Source of the DNA: a virus
Taxonomy: Duplodnaviria; Heunggongvirae; Uroviricota; Caudoviricetes
IMG/VR virus record: IMGVR_UViG_2571042690_000019
Direction: 5' to 3' (one strand)
DNA length: 64,000 nt
This document shows positions 55,712 to 64,000 of the stretch, piece after piece (position 1 is the stretch's first letter; each line of letters starts with the position of its first letter). The notes below the pieces were generated by a model. That model searched no databases. It was not told where the DNA came from and saw nothing but the letters and a program-made list of their open reading frames with translations. The translations under genes were made by a program, and so were the position numbers.

Positions 55712-56710
55712 TCACCCCCTTCTGGAAACGAAGAGTAACGGGGTGGTGTTTTTGTTCTCCTTCGGTGATAACTCTGGTTCTTTCTTGCCTGATACCGGTA
55801 AGCCATAAGTAGCATTTGCCCCAAGAGATTCAAGCATCGCAGCCACTATGCGGGCATCATCTTCAGACTGCATACGGCAGAGCGCCCGGCGCTGTTCTGC
55901 GCTGATAAAAACAGGCATTTCCTGGATAGCGTCACGCAAAATCCGGCGGCATTGCTTTGCATTTTCCCCCTGGCTTTCCATCATCGCTGTTTGAGCGCGC
56001 AGCTTATCTCGAAGCTGTATGTTTTCCACTTCAAGGAGCATCAATTCTGATTCCAGGGCTTCACGATGTGCAGATTCGAGCATGGCTTGCTGATTTTTCA
56101 TTGCCGAAAAGTGGTGAACCAGATCCGTAGCAGCGTTATCGGTAAAACCTTGTTCGATAAGTGCTGCATGAATAGCCGCATCGCGCTCTTCTGCTGATTC
56201 AAGCATCAGGCTTTTCTTGTCGAGGCTGATATAGTTAGGCACAGTTACGTAATCAAAGCCGTGGAAAGACTTTACCAGGGATACCGATGAATCTGGACCA
56301 GATGTAGCCCACGACCAACCACCAGCACCAGAATTAATCATGCCCTGAACAATACGCCCGGTGTCTGTATCCAGTATTTCCTGCGTATGAGTAACAATGC
56401 CGTTGTCGTCAATCGAAATGTCGATAGTCCTGTTTGACGGCACGTTCTCCAATACAACAGGCTTCCCATCTACCATCACAACAGAGACTTCCGGCAAGTT
56501 CAGGCTTTTCGTTTTGTTATAGTGCATCGCCCGGCGACCATGACCGTAATAACCATACATCTCACCCAGCGCGATACGCTCTTTTGTTTCTGGCGAGTTG
56601 AATGTGTCTCGTACCGACTGAATGACGTAATTTCGGTTGTTCTGCGGTGTGTGTTTGCGGATTTTCTCTACCAGGGAGAAGCGATCCGTAACAGTATTCA
56701 GTGATTGCAT
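55712..56710 (-). CDS. hypothetical protein (last gene of long minus-strand late-type operon)
   Basis: 332-aa ORF. Confidence 0.5.
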   Translation of the reverse strand: MQSLNTVTDRFSLVEKIRKHTPQNNRNYVIQSVRDTFNSPETKERIALGEMYGYYGHGRRAMHYNKTKSLNLPEVSVVMVDGKPVVLENVPSNRTIDISIDDNGIVTHTQEILDTDTGRIVQGMINSGAGGWSWATSGPDSSVSLVKSFHGFDYVTVPNYISLDKKSLMLESAEERDAAIHAALIEQGFTDNAATDLVHHFSAMKNQQAMLESAHREALESELMLLEVENIQLRDKLRAQTAMMESQGENAKQCRRILRDAIQEMPVFISAEQRRALCRMQSEDDARIVAAMLESLGANATYGLPVSGKKEPELSPKENKNTTPLLFVSRRG

Positions 56711-56723
56711 TATTTCCCTCCGG

Positions 56724-58406
56724 TTAATTGCTCATCACAAATTTTGCAAAGTTTATTAACTGTTCTGGCGTCCAGTTTTCCGGATCGTCACCGGACGACA
56801 ACGGCGCGGATTCGTACATACCATGCTCGTTGTTTTGCTCTGATTCATTCGCCTTAAACTCTTTGATCATGGTGTTGAGAGTGTCATCGTCGATGTGCAA
56901 CTGCTCAGTGAACAGATAACGCATAAACGCGTCGCTACCAGCCAGTTTCGGGTTGTTCTGGATCTGGTCCATAATTTGGGAGATGACAGCAACAAAGTTG
57001 GCGCGTGCATCCAGTTCTCGGTTTTCCTCTTCCTGGATAGCAGTGTTCATTGAGTTGAATTGCACGTCATAAGGGCGGTTTGTTTCGGTGTAAACCTTGC
57101 CGTATTTATAAGCGAGGTGAATGTCCAGAAGCCGATAAATAGTTCGCTGGGCGGCCTGTCTGATCCAGTTCGCACGCAATGCAGCCTGGATAGCAGTTTG
57201 CTGCCAGCCGCCTTCTCCAAGCCCTCCGCTCATCTGATCAGCCCAGCCAAGCATTGTTGCGTCAATGCCGAGGCTTGCAGCAAGCTGCCGGAGGTGAAAC
57301 ATAACGTCTTCGATACCACTGATATCTGCGGGTATGGATTGCGTATCAATGGTGATGCCGTTCTTCCCGTCTCCCATAACAGGTATCAGATGGTTAAGCA
57401 CAGTCGGAATAGCGTTGGCATTAATCGACCTTTGCGCCACCAGGTCACTATGACGCTTCAATGCCTGGCTGACGCCACGCGTATAGTTCGCCGCATTAAC
57501 CGGGTCCAGTGTGTTCGTCGTAAGAGCAATCAGGCGGTCAATTTTGGCTGCATTATTTCGCGTTGATTTCAGCGCGGCGAGCGAAGCACATAAATTAAGG
57601 TAAGGTTCATAGCTGTATTCCAGGAATGAAGTTCCGTAATTCTGCGTCTCCATTAACGGCTTATCAGCCTGATCACTTAACAGTGAGTACCCTTTTGTGC
57701 CGTAGCTAACCGGAATAACTTTATGCTGTGGCGTCCAATAGGGATTTTTCATGGAAACCAGATTCCACGGTTCGGTTATTACTCTGCGCAAACTATGCGT
57801 ATCCAGAATGTAATCACCACTGAAACCTACCAGCTGGCTACCACGATAAAACTCCTGGACGAAGTGTGGCAGAGTGTAATAACTGGACTCAATGCCTGTT
57901 ATCCCCCTGCCCTGTTCAGCATAAGGTCGGACATAAGACACCCCAAAGATAGCCATAATCATGGCCCATGAAGGAAGTCCGTCATTAATCATCGCCCCCA
58001 AATCAGCGGTTAACTCTTCACATCTACTTACTGCCTCGGCATCGGAACCATCCTTTGGCGAAAGGATGAATGCTTGTCCGGTTTTTTTTGAAGGCGCAAG
58101 CGCATGTGCAATGTGAATGTTTAAAGCCGTCGAGATAGTCGGGCTTTTAGCCATCGTTTCCAGGATGTTGTACTTTTGCAGGCGCTCGCCGGGCAGTTCA
58201 GCGGATAAAGAAATTGAATCTGCTGCACTCGTCATGCCATCGCTGTTGCTCCCCAGTATACCTGGACGTAAAGCAGACAGGCCGGAACGAGCAACGACAC
58301 TATGCCCGCTCGTAAAAACGACCGGATCGGCGGGCGTAACATCACCACCGTTGAAGGCTTTCTTCAATGCTGACAGAAAGCCTTTGTTTTTGTCTTTCGT
58401 TGCCAT
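56724..58406 (-). CDS. hypothetical virion-associated protein
   Basis: 560-aa ORF; function not recognisable. Confidence 0.5.
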   Translation of the reverse strand: MATKDKNKGFLSALKKAFNGGDVTPADPVVFTSGHSVVARSGLSALRPGILGSNSDGMTSAADSISLSAELPGERLQKYNILETMAKSPTISTALNIHIAHALAPSKKTGQAFILSPKDGSDAEAVSRCEELTADLGAMINDGLPSWAMIMAIFGVSYVRPYAEQGRGITGIESSYYTLPHFVQEFYRGSQLVGFSGDYILDTHSLRRVITEPWNLVSMKNPYWTPQHKVIPVSYGTKGYSLLSDQADKPLMETQNYGTSFLEYSYEPYLNLCASLAALKSTRNNAAKIDRLIALTTNTLDPVNAANYTRGVSQALKRHSDLVAQRSINANAIPTVLNHLIPVMGDGKNGITIDTQSIPADISGIEDVMFHLRQLAASLGIDATMLGWADQMSGGLGEGGWQQTAIQAALRANWIRQAAQRTIYRLLDIHLAYKYGKVYTETNRPYDVQFNSMNTAIQEEENRELDARANFVAVISQIMDQIQNNPKLAGSDAFMRYLFTEQLHIDDDTLNTMIKEFKANESEQNNEHGMYESAPLSSGDDPENWTPEQLINFAKFVMSN

Positions 58407-58470
58407 GAATCACCGCAAATTGTTTCCAGTTTTGCGGCAGCATAATCAGTATGTGATTTCAGCGGTTGGT

Positions 58471-59868
58471 TTAGTTTTCCATACTGCAATTATTTAGAAC
58501 TGTAGAATTTTCAAACATAGCAAAGTTCAGACCTTTCCCTTCGCCAAATTCACCCTCAATTTCATCAGATACAGCAGACAAAATACGACGCAGATCAACA
58601 TCGCCACCGCCGAACATATCGCCCAATGCCTGTTGTTTATGAGTCAGCTCGTCGTTGATTTTTTGCGCCATTTTTTTGAATGCGGCCCCCATACGCTTCG
58701 CACTGCGATTATTTGCTACGATGAATAGCGCCAATGCCTCAGCTTCCGGTGTACTGTCGCCGAATAACCCCCTTTGGGCGATCACTTCTTCAACGGCCTG
58801 ACCGTTGTCTTTGGCTTCACGTACAAGATTAATTGCTTCCTGGAGTGCTGCTATCGCCTGTGTATCCAGGCCATTAACCTGCTCTATACCGTCCACTAAG
58901 CCTGTTACTGCGTCATGGTGAGCGTCGCCAGACAGCGACTGCATTTGCGCAAAATCGCTGGCTGCCGTATTTAATGCGGTCAGGATATTACGCATTTCCG
59001 GATCTGGCTCTTCCGACACCAGCCGAACAAGCCTTTCATCCTTGTACGCTTTGGCAAAAATTGCATTCTGGATGCGATCGATAAGCTGTTTCGTGGGACG
59101 CCCATCGGCAGTAAGCAAGCCTGCCGTCGCTGTATCGCCAATTTCGCGCAAAAAAGCACGAATAAACGCATCATTGGACCGCGCCAGCAGATTTCCATCA
59201 TCTGAAGGATTAAATAGCGCCATGACGCTCTCAGTGAGAAATTGCGCATCCGCATACGCTTTTTCACTTGCTGCCATCTCTTGCAGATCGCTAATGTTTG
59301 AATCGCGGGCAAATTGAGCGCGGTCTACATCTGTGAGTCTTTCTCGCACCAGTACGGGCATAGACATTTGCGAAATTTCGTCAGGATTCAGACCAAACTC
59401 TTTCGCATGGTCGATCAGGTACTGACGATACTCATCCGCCTGTCCTTGCTCATAGGCACGCCAGATACCCATACTCCTTCCGTTGCCGGATTCAACAACG
59501 TTGTCCGGACCAACTATCGGCGCTCCGTGGCTGCTCATACCGGAATCCGTTAATTGTGCCGGGCGTAAATTAGAGGCAATACGGTTAACCTGGAGTTTGC
59601 TGGATAACCGGGTACGATCTCGTGGTTGGAGTTCTTCCGGGAAGGCCGGGTTAATCGTACCGTCAAGGTTGTTCGAAATGATCAGACTGCTGGCATCAAC
59701 GACCTTAAAAGCCGTCTTTACCTCTGCACCTTTGCTGGTGACTACGTAGCTACTTCGCCCCAGGCGTGTTTCTTTCCTCTCTAATGAAGAAACCAGAGCA
59801 ATGACGCTGTTAATATCTGTGGCCCCGGAAAGCGCAGAAGTAACTGATTTGTTCAAAATACACTCCAA
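58471..59868 (-). CDS. hypothetical virion-associated protein
   Basis: 465-aa ORF. Confidence 0.5.
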   Translation of the reverse strand: MECILNKSVTSALSGATDINSVIALVSSLERKETRLGRSSYVVTSKGAEVKTAFKVVDASSLIISNNLDGTINPAFPEELQPRDRTRLSSKLQVNRIASNLRPAQLTDSGMSSHGAPIVGPDNVVESGNGRSMGIWRAYEQGQADEYRQYLIDHAKEFGLNPDEISQMSMPVLVRERLTDVDRAQFARDSNISDLQEMAASEKAYADAQFLTESVMALFNPSDDGNLLARSNDAFIRAFLREIGDTATAGLLTADGRPTKQLIDRIQNAIFAKAYKDERLVRLVSEEPDPEMRNILTALNTAASDFAQMQSLSGDAHHDAVTGLVDGIEQVNGLDTQAIAALQEAINLVREAKDNGQAVEEVIAQRGLFGDSTPEAEALALFIVANNRSAKRMGAAFKKMAQKINDELTHKQQALGDMFGGGDVDLRRILSAVSDEIEGEFGEGKGLNFAMFENSTVLNNCSMEN

Positions 59869-59950
59869 CTATAGAGAAAGCTGTGAGTGTAAAAAGTGTG
59901 TGATTTATGTGAGAACAGATAAGTGAAAGGGGCATTTCAGCCCCTTTTGA

Positions 59951-60319
59951 TTACCCGGCATAACCGTTAGCTTTCACCCAGCTTATGGTCTGCTCTTTAG
60001 CCTGCTCCAACGTAAGGAACTCGCCAACATAGTTTGAGATCCCACGCAGCGCATCAATAAATTCCATTTGTGTGGACTTTGTGAAGACACCGCCCAGGAA
60101 GTCAGTCACTATCTTAGGGGCTTCATCTACAACAGGATCAGTCTGTTGTTGCGGTTCCGCTGCCGGTTGCGCGGCAGTCCCCAGGCCCAATTTCAGCATC
60201 ACATCAACAATCTGCTTACCAATGGTGACGCGTTGCAATACTGGCGCAGTTTTCTGCGCCTGCATTAGATCTGATAGCTCTTTACCTAATTTCAGGCGGT
60301 CTAAAACAGAGATGGTCAT
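59951..60319 (-). CDS. small protein (DdrA-like by size and position)
   Basis: 122-aa ORF directly downstream of the 652-aa gene. Confidence 0.35.
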   Translation of the reverse strand: MTISVLDRLKLGKELSDLMQAQKTAPVLQRVTIGKQIVDVMLKLGLGTAAQPAAEPQQQTDPVVDEAPKIVTDFLGGVFTKSTQMEFIDALRGISNYVGEFLTLEQAKEQTISWVKANGYAG

Positions 60320-62277
60320 TAAGCACCTCCCTGCTGAATTTCAGCCAGAATGTTGATCAGGTAGTCAACTGCTGCACCAACAGTGGCTTCGTTCTCGTCG
60401 TATCGACCTGCACTGATTAGAGCGTTTGCTGCTTCCTGCACATGATCAAGTTCAGCACTGATGACCGTCAGATCGCGGGATGTAAACTGCTCCGGCACGG
60501 ATTTCAGGTACTCCAGTGCTTTATCTGCCTCCTGATCAGCTTCACTTGCTGATTCACCCGTTTCTTCTGGCTCCTGTTCTGGTGCTGGTTGTGGTTGTGA
60601 TTCTGGCTCAACCATATGCTCTGTTTTTACTTCGCTTGAATGATTTTGAAGGGCGTTATACACGTCCATAATGAAAAGGTTCTCCCCATCACTAAGTGGA
60701 TACGCCACGTTTGGAAACGCTTTGCGGAAAAGAATTTTCACTTGCGCCTTGAATGTTTTCAGGTCACTGCCAAACAGGTCCACATAGCCATCAATATGTT
60801 TCGACATGCTGGACGCAACCAATTGGTCTGCAAAATCTTTCAGCTCATCTTCATCAGGAAGATAGAGCAACTCGTACTGGCTGACTTCTTCATCTGTCAG
60901 TTTACGGTCATACGTAATGATACCGTGACGAGCATATTCGTAATACTGATCAGCCTGGTCAGGACGATCAAGCACGGCTTTATTTCCATCCGGAACAGCA
61001 CCAACACCAGCCGGGCGAGATTGAAGTGCATAGTGGTATTTACCTACATCTTGGCTCTCTGGTTGTAATACTGGGTTCGTTTCGGGGTCTGTCTGTGGTA
61101 GTTCGGAGTCTTCCAGCTGGCCTGGTAACACATCAACTTTATATTTATCTGCGTTATGCTCTCGGTAGGCTTTAAGTAATTTGGTTGCAGCATCTGCCAA
61201 ACTGCCTCCTTTGACAGCACTGGCATCAATACTGAATTTACCTTCAGGTGCTACTATCGTAACGAAATTATCACTGCCGGACGTGACATAATTAACTTCA
61301 GCGCCATTATCCAGCACTGTTTTTCCGTCAATGGCAAGATTATGTTTTACATGTCGCAGCTGGTCACTAAACGCTCGTTCTTTCGTTTTTTCACCTTTAG
61401 CAGACAACAATTTATCGCGTTTTGCTTGTAATTCCTCGTTGATGGCTTTCTGGGAATCAAGTTTTTTTTGCATCTCCGTAAGAGCAGCACGCTTTTCAGT
61501 CAGCCCACGTTGCGCAACTTCCACCTGATCAATCATTATTGACCGTTCTTCTGCCAGTTTATCTGCTTCATTGAGATAACTCTCAATATCTGCCTTCATT
61601 TTGTCCTGGCGCTCTTTTGCTTTCTTAAATTTTTCGCTGTTACGCTCAATCAAATTAGATAGCGCCTGGCATACCTGGCTTAAAGAAACATCTCTCCCAC
61701 CAATCGGGGCGACAACGTGAGTTACGTTACGCTTATTAAGTAAAAACTGAAATGCAACAAGCTCGTCGTTACTCTTTATTTTTGCCCCGTCAGCTGTTGG
61801 AGAGTGGAAAATTATGCTTGTAGTCTGCCCGTCAGTAAGCGGTATCTGCGCGGTCAAAACAGGGATATTAGCTACCCGACGTACACGACCGATAATCGCA
61901 CCACCAATACAATTACGTCCATTTTCATCGGTCCCAGCTTCATCAGTCCCTGCCATAATATTCGTACCATTCAGGCCACGATTCAGCGCACGGACGAAAG
62001 CTCGCATTGTTTGAGCTAACCGAATTCTGGTTGTAGTTATGGACTCAAACATAGCTTCGTCAGACACAACCAGAATTTCATTGCCCATATAGGCAAGCTC
62101 AATATCTTCTAAGGTCGCCGCCTCAAAAATCAGGTCATCTTCGCTTAATTCTTCTGAAGACCAGCGACTTGGCATATAGCCGGGGATCGTATCAGCAAAA
62201 GTAGACTGAATATTAATTCGTAAAGGATTGTTAATCATGCTCATCCTCCAGGCGCGCGATTTCTTCTTTAAGAGCAC
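60319..62277 (-). CDS. large head-internal / antirestriction-type protein (DarA-like by size and synteny)
   Basis: 652 aa (P1 DarA about 639 from memory); coiled-coil centre, acidic C-terminus; follows holin-like and membrane-anchored genes. Confidence 0.35.
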   Translation of the reverse strand: MLLKKKSRAWRMSMINNPLRINIQSTFADTIPGYMPSRWSSEELSEDDLIFEAATLEDIELAYMGNEILVVSDEAMFESITTTRIRLAQTMRAFVRALNRGLNGTNIMAGTDEAGTDENGRNCIGGAIIGRVRRVANIPVLTAQIPLTDGQTTSIIFHSPTADGAKIKSNDELVAFQFLLNKRNVTHVVAPIGGRDVSLSQVCQALSNLIERNSEKFKKAKERQDKMKADIESYLNEADKLAEERSIMIDQVEVAQRGLTEKRAALTEMQKKLDSQKAINEELQAKRDKLLSAKGEKTKERAFSDQLRHVKHNLAIDGKTVLDNGAEVNYVTSGSDNFVTIVAPEGKFSIDASAVKGGSLADAATKLLKAYREHNADKYKVDVLPGQLEDSELPQTDPETNPVLQPESQDVGKYHYALQSRPAGVGAVPDGNKAVLDRPDQADQYYEYARHGIITYDRKLTDEEVSQYELLYLPDEDELKDFADQLVASSMSKHIDGYVDLFGSDLKTFKAQVKILFRKAFPNVAYPLSDGENLFIMDVYNALQNHSSEVKTEHMVEPESQPQPAPEQEPEETGESASEADQEADKALEYLKSVPEQFTSRDLTVISAELDHVQEAANALISAGRYDENEATVGAAVDYLINILAEIQQGGA

Positions 62278-62866
62278 GTGTCTTAGCTACTTCCTGAGAC
62301 AAGGCAGCTTTAACATTACCCGTATCTTGCATTACTTTGTCTGACTTGCTCTGGAGTTTAGACAGTTTGTCGTTAGCATTAGCGATATCTTCACGGAGTG
62401 CATCACGTGATTCTTTCGCTTCAGCTAATTTCTGAGCGTTAGATTTAACTCCCTGCCGCTTCTTATTTCCGTCATCAATATTTTTTGCTGCACGAGCAAG
62501 TTTTCGAGCTAATGACTTCTGGAAAGAAGTTGCTCCACGATTAAATAAAGCCGCAAGAGATTTCCCCAAAGCCGACATTGTTTTTACTGGCTTGAACGGT
62601 ACTGTTTTACCATTCAGTTTGATCCCAGATATATCACCGGTATCGTTAACCTGAACTTCCATTGTCTGTTCATCAATACCAATAAGGGTAAACGTGCGCG
62701 TCATGATCCCATCTTTCTTCCTGCCATTACTTGCAGGGATCACCCTCGCTATCTTGTAACCACCTTTGCTGATTTCTTTGACGAGTTTTGACAGCCCCTT
62801 TTCGTTTAACTCATCATAATTAAGAAGAACATAATTATTCTTATTTGACATCCCAGTCTCCTTCAC
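62231..62866 (-). CDS. hypothetical protein with basic coiled-coil C-terminus
   Basis: 211-aa ORF overlapping neighbours. Confidence 0.4.
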   Translation of the reverse strand: MKETGMSNKNNYVLLNYDELNEKGLSKLVKEISKGGYKIARVIPASNGRKKDGIMTRTFTLIGIDEQTMEVQVNDTGDISGIKLNGKTVPFKPVKTMSALGKSLAALFNRGATSFQKSLARKLARAAKNIDDGNKKRQGVKSNAQKLAEAKESRDALREDIANANDKLSKLQSKSDKVMQDTGNVKAALSQEVAKTRALKEEIARLEDEHD

Positions 62867-63287
62867 GCTTTTCGATCGTAAACTGGCGCTCTATGCAGTC
62901 ATTGATAGGGAAAATGCGATAAAGCGGATTCAGTCGACAGTTACCGTTAGTCAATGTGACTTTCAGATCCCACTTCGTTGGCTCAAGATATTTCGTATCG
63001 ATGAGCAAATACTCTTCTCTCTCACCGCGTTTTGAGGCGTCAACTGGTCGCGTTTTCCCTGAAATAACCACAGATGGATTTTTCAGGTCTTGCAACCAAT
63101 ATTCGATTTGAGCATTGCTGACCCAGCTTCGCTTAACACGTAGCGAAACAGGAAATGCTATAGCGGATTCTTTCACTACAGCGTCACCAATACTCAAAAT
63201 CTCAACACTCTTGCGACGAAAAATGAAACGGTCAATGATGGCAACAAATGCCATGATAAAAATGAAATAATTTCCAAAGTTACCCAT
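62841..63287 (-). CDS. membrane-anchored protein (LydB-like position)
   Basis: 148 aa with N-terminal TM helix. Confidence 0.35.
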   Translation of the reverse strand: MGNFGNYFIFIMAFVAIIDRFIFRRKSVEILSIGDAVVKESAIAFPVSLRVKRSWVSNAQIEYWLQDLKNPSVVISGKTRPVDASKRGEREEYLLIDTKYLEPTKWDLKVTLTNGNCRLNPLYRIFPINDCIERQFTIEKREGDWDVK

Positions 63288-63613
63288 TATTTCTCTCCAC
63301 CTTTTCCCCCATTCGCTATTACGCTTAAGAGATTCAAGACGTTACTAGCTCTGGACTTCAAGCCCTGTAAAATTTCACTACCGTTGTTACTGGCAATCAG
63401 AACAACGCAGAAAATGATACCTTCAGGCCATTCTTGGCTAACCGCCACCCCATACCCCGCAAGCCCGGCTGTTACCGCAGTAAACAATTCACTCGCAAGA
63501 TTGAGCAGGGACGCAGAAATGCGCCCGTCTCTAACTCCGAGAAGGAATACGCCGGTTCCACTTAGTAGGGATGTTATGACTACTACAGCCAGATTTTCAT
63601 AATCTGCAAACAT
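63287..63613 (-). CDS. holin-like small membrane protein (LydA-like)
   Basis: 108 aa with three hydrophobic segments and a charged C-terminus; first gene of the operon. Confidence 0.4.
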   Translation of the reverse strand: MFADYENLAVVVITSLLSGTGVFLLGVRDGRISASLLNLASELFTAVTAGLAGYGVAVSQEWPEGIIFCVVLIASNNGSEILQGLKSRASNVLNLLSVIANGGKGGEK

Positions 63614-63716
63614 ACCCCTCCAGAAATAACATCTAATGCGCCACTAACTTAGTCAGTTTGTTATTTCCTTACAGGACATCTTCTAGGATCGTATCCTTAG
63701 CATACAAGGGAGACAT

Positions 63717-63760
63717 ATGCTTATTGGATACATTCGCATATCAACAAATGATGATGCGCC
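63717..63760 (+). pseudogene. N-terminal fragment of a serine invertase gene (Cin/Gin/Hin type)
   Basis: ATG with AAGGGAG RBS encodes MLIGYIRISTNDD (compare Cin/Gin MLIGYVRVSTNDQ), then the frame runs into unrelated sequence antisense to the invertase C-terminus below. Confidence 0.4.
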
Positions 63761-63829
63761 GCGCGATAAATGCACTCTATCTTGTGCGATAAATGGCATC
63801 CACGCGGCGTTTCATTATTTGAAAAAGAA

Positions 63830-64000
63830 TTACATTTCAGGTTGCGTTATGACAGTCCCAACAGGGTGATAGCGGTAGATCGTTGACAGTCCAATATCAT
63901 AGATAATTGCCAGCCGCTTTCTGTCATACCCTTTCTGGAGCAATCTTGCGATCTGCTCATGCTGCTCCTTCGTCAGTTTCGGGCGACGTCCTCCAACTCT
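63830..64000 (-). CDS. serine DNA invertase, C-terminal HTH part (partial; gene continues beyond window end)
   Basis: Minus-strand translation ...RVGGRRPKLTKEQHEQIARLLQKGYDRKRLAIIYDIGLSTIYRYHPVGTVITQPEM-stop matches the Cin/Gin/Hin C-terminal HTH. Confidence 0.6.
   Translation of the reverse strand, partial: RVGGRRPKLTKEQHEQIARLLQKGYDRKRLAIIYDIGLSTIYRYHPVGTVITQPEM

Noticed and set aside
1-64000. Insertion sequences, transposases or rRNA genes
   Set aside because: No ORF resembles a transposase (no DDE signature noticed), no terminal inverted repeats with target duplications were seen, and no rRNA-like segments.

Overview
Almost the whole window is a P1-like temperate phage / phage-plasmid segment, abutting the 3' end of host glnS at the left edge (1-267) and running off the right edge. 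All protein and motif matches are made by eye from memory of known families; nothing was searched or computed. Recognisable P1-type content: a Cre-like recombinase with a lox-like site, phd-doc, LexA-boxed humD, pacA/pacB terminase, a 2278-aa DarB-like methylase-helicase, a Ref-like HNH nuclease, a lambda-type protein phosphatase, dUTPase, a fused m5C+m6A DNA methyltransferase, RdgC, a TerB-like gene, a tRNA cluster (Ile-CAU, Thr, Asn), a holin-to-head-protein operon and a Cin-like invertase fragment. About 15 copies of a C1-operator-like motif (core TTTTCTAACA) sit in intergenic regions. The parts not explained by the P1 template, and the best leads for something undescribed, are: (1) an AT-rich islet next to higBA carrying an orphan antitoxin N-domain and a membrane/coiled-coil protein; (2) two immI-like modules (structured leader, icd-like, Rha/Ant antirepressor) with different complementary heptamers, one carrying an in-frame 237-bp tandem duplication; (3) an array of paralogous coiled-coil genes whose conserved C-termini encode the next gene's Shine-Dalgarno; (4) a family of long-stem hairpin repeats plus a non-canonical class-II tRNA-like gene among the tRNAs; (5) a PacB paralog with degenerate ATPase motifs in an operator-controlled operon with dUTPase and a DUF2829 (Tad2-like) protein.
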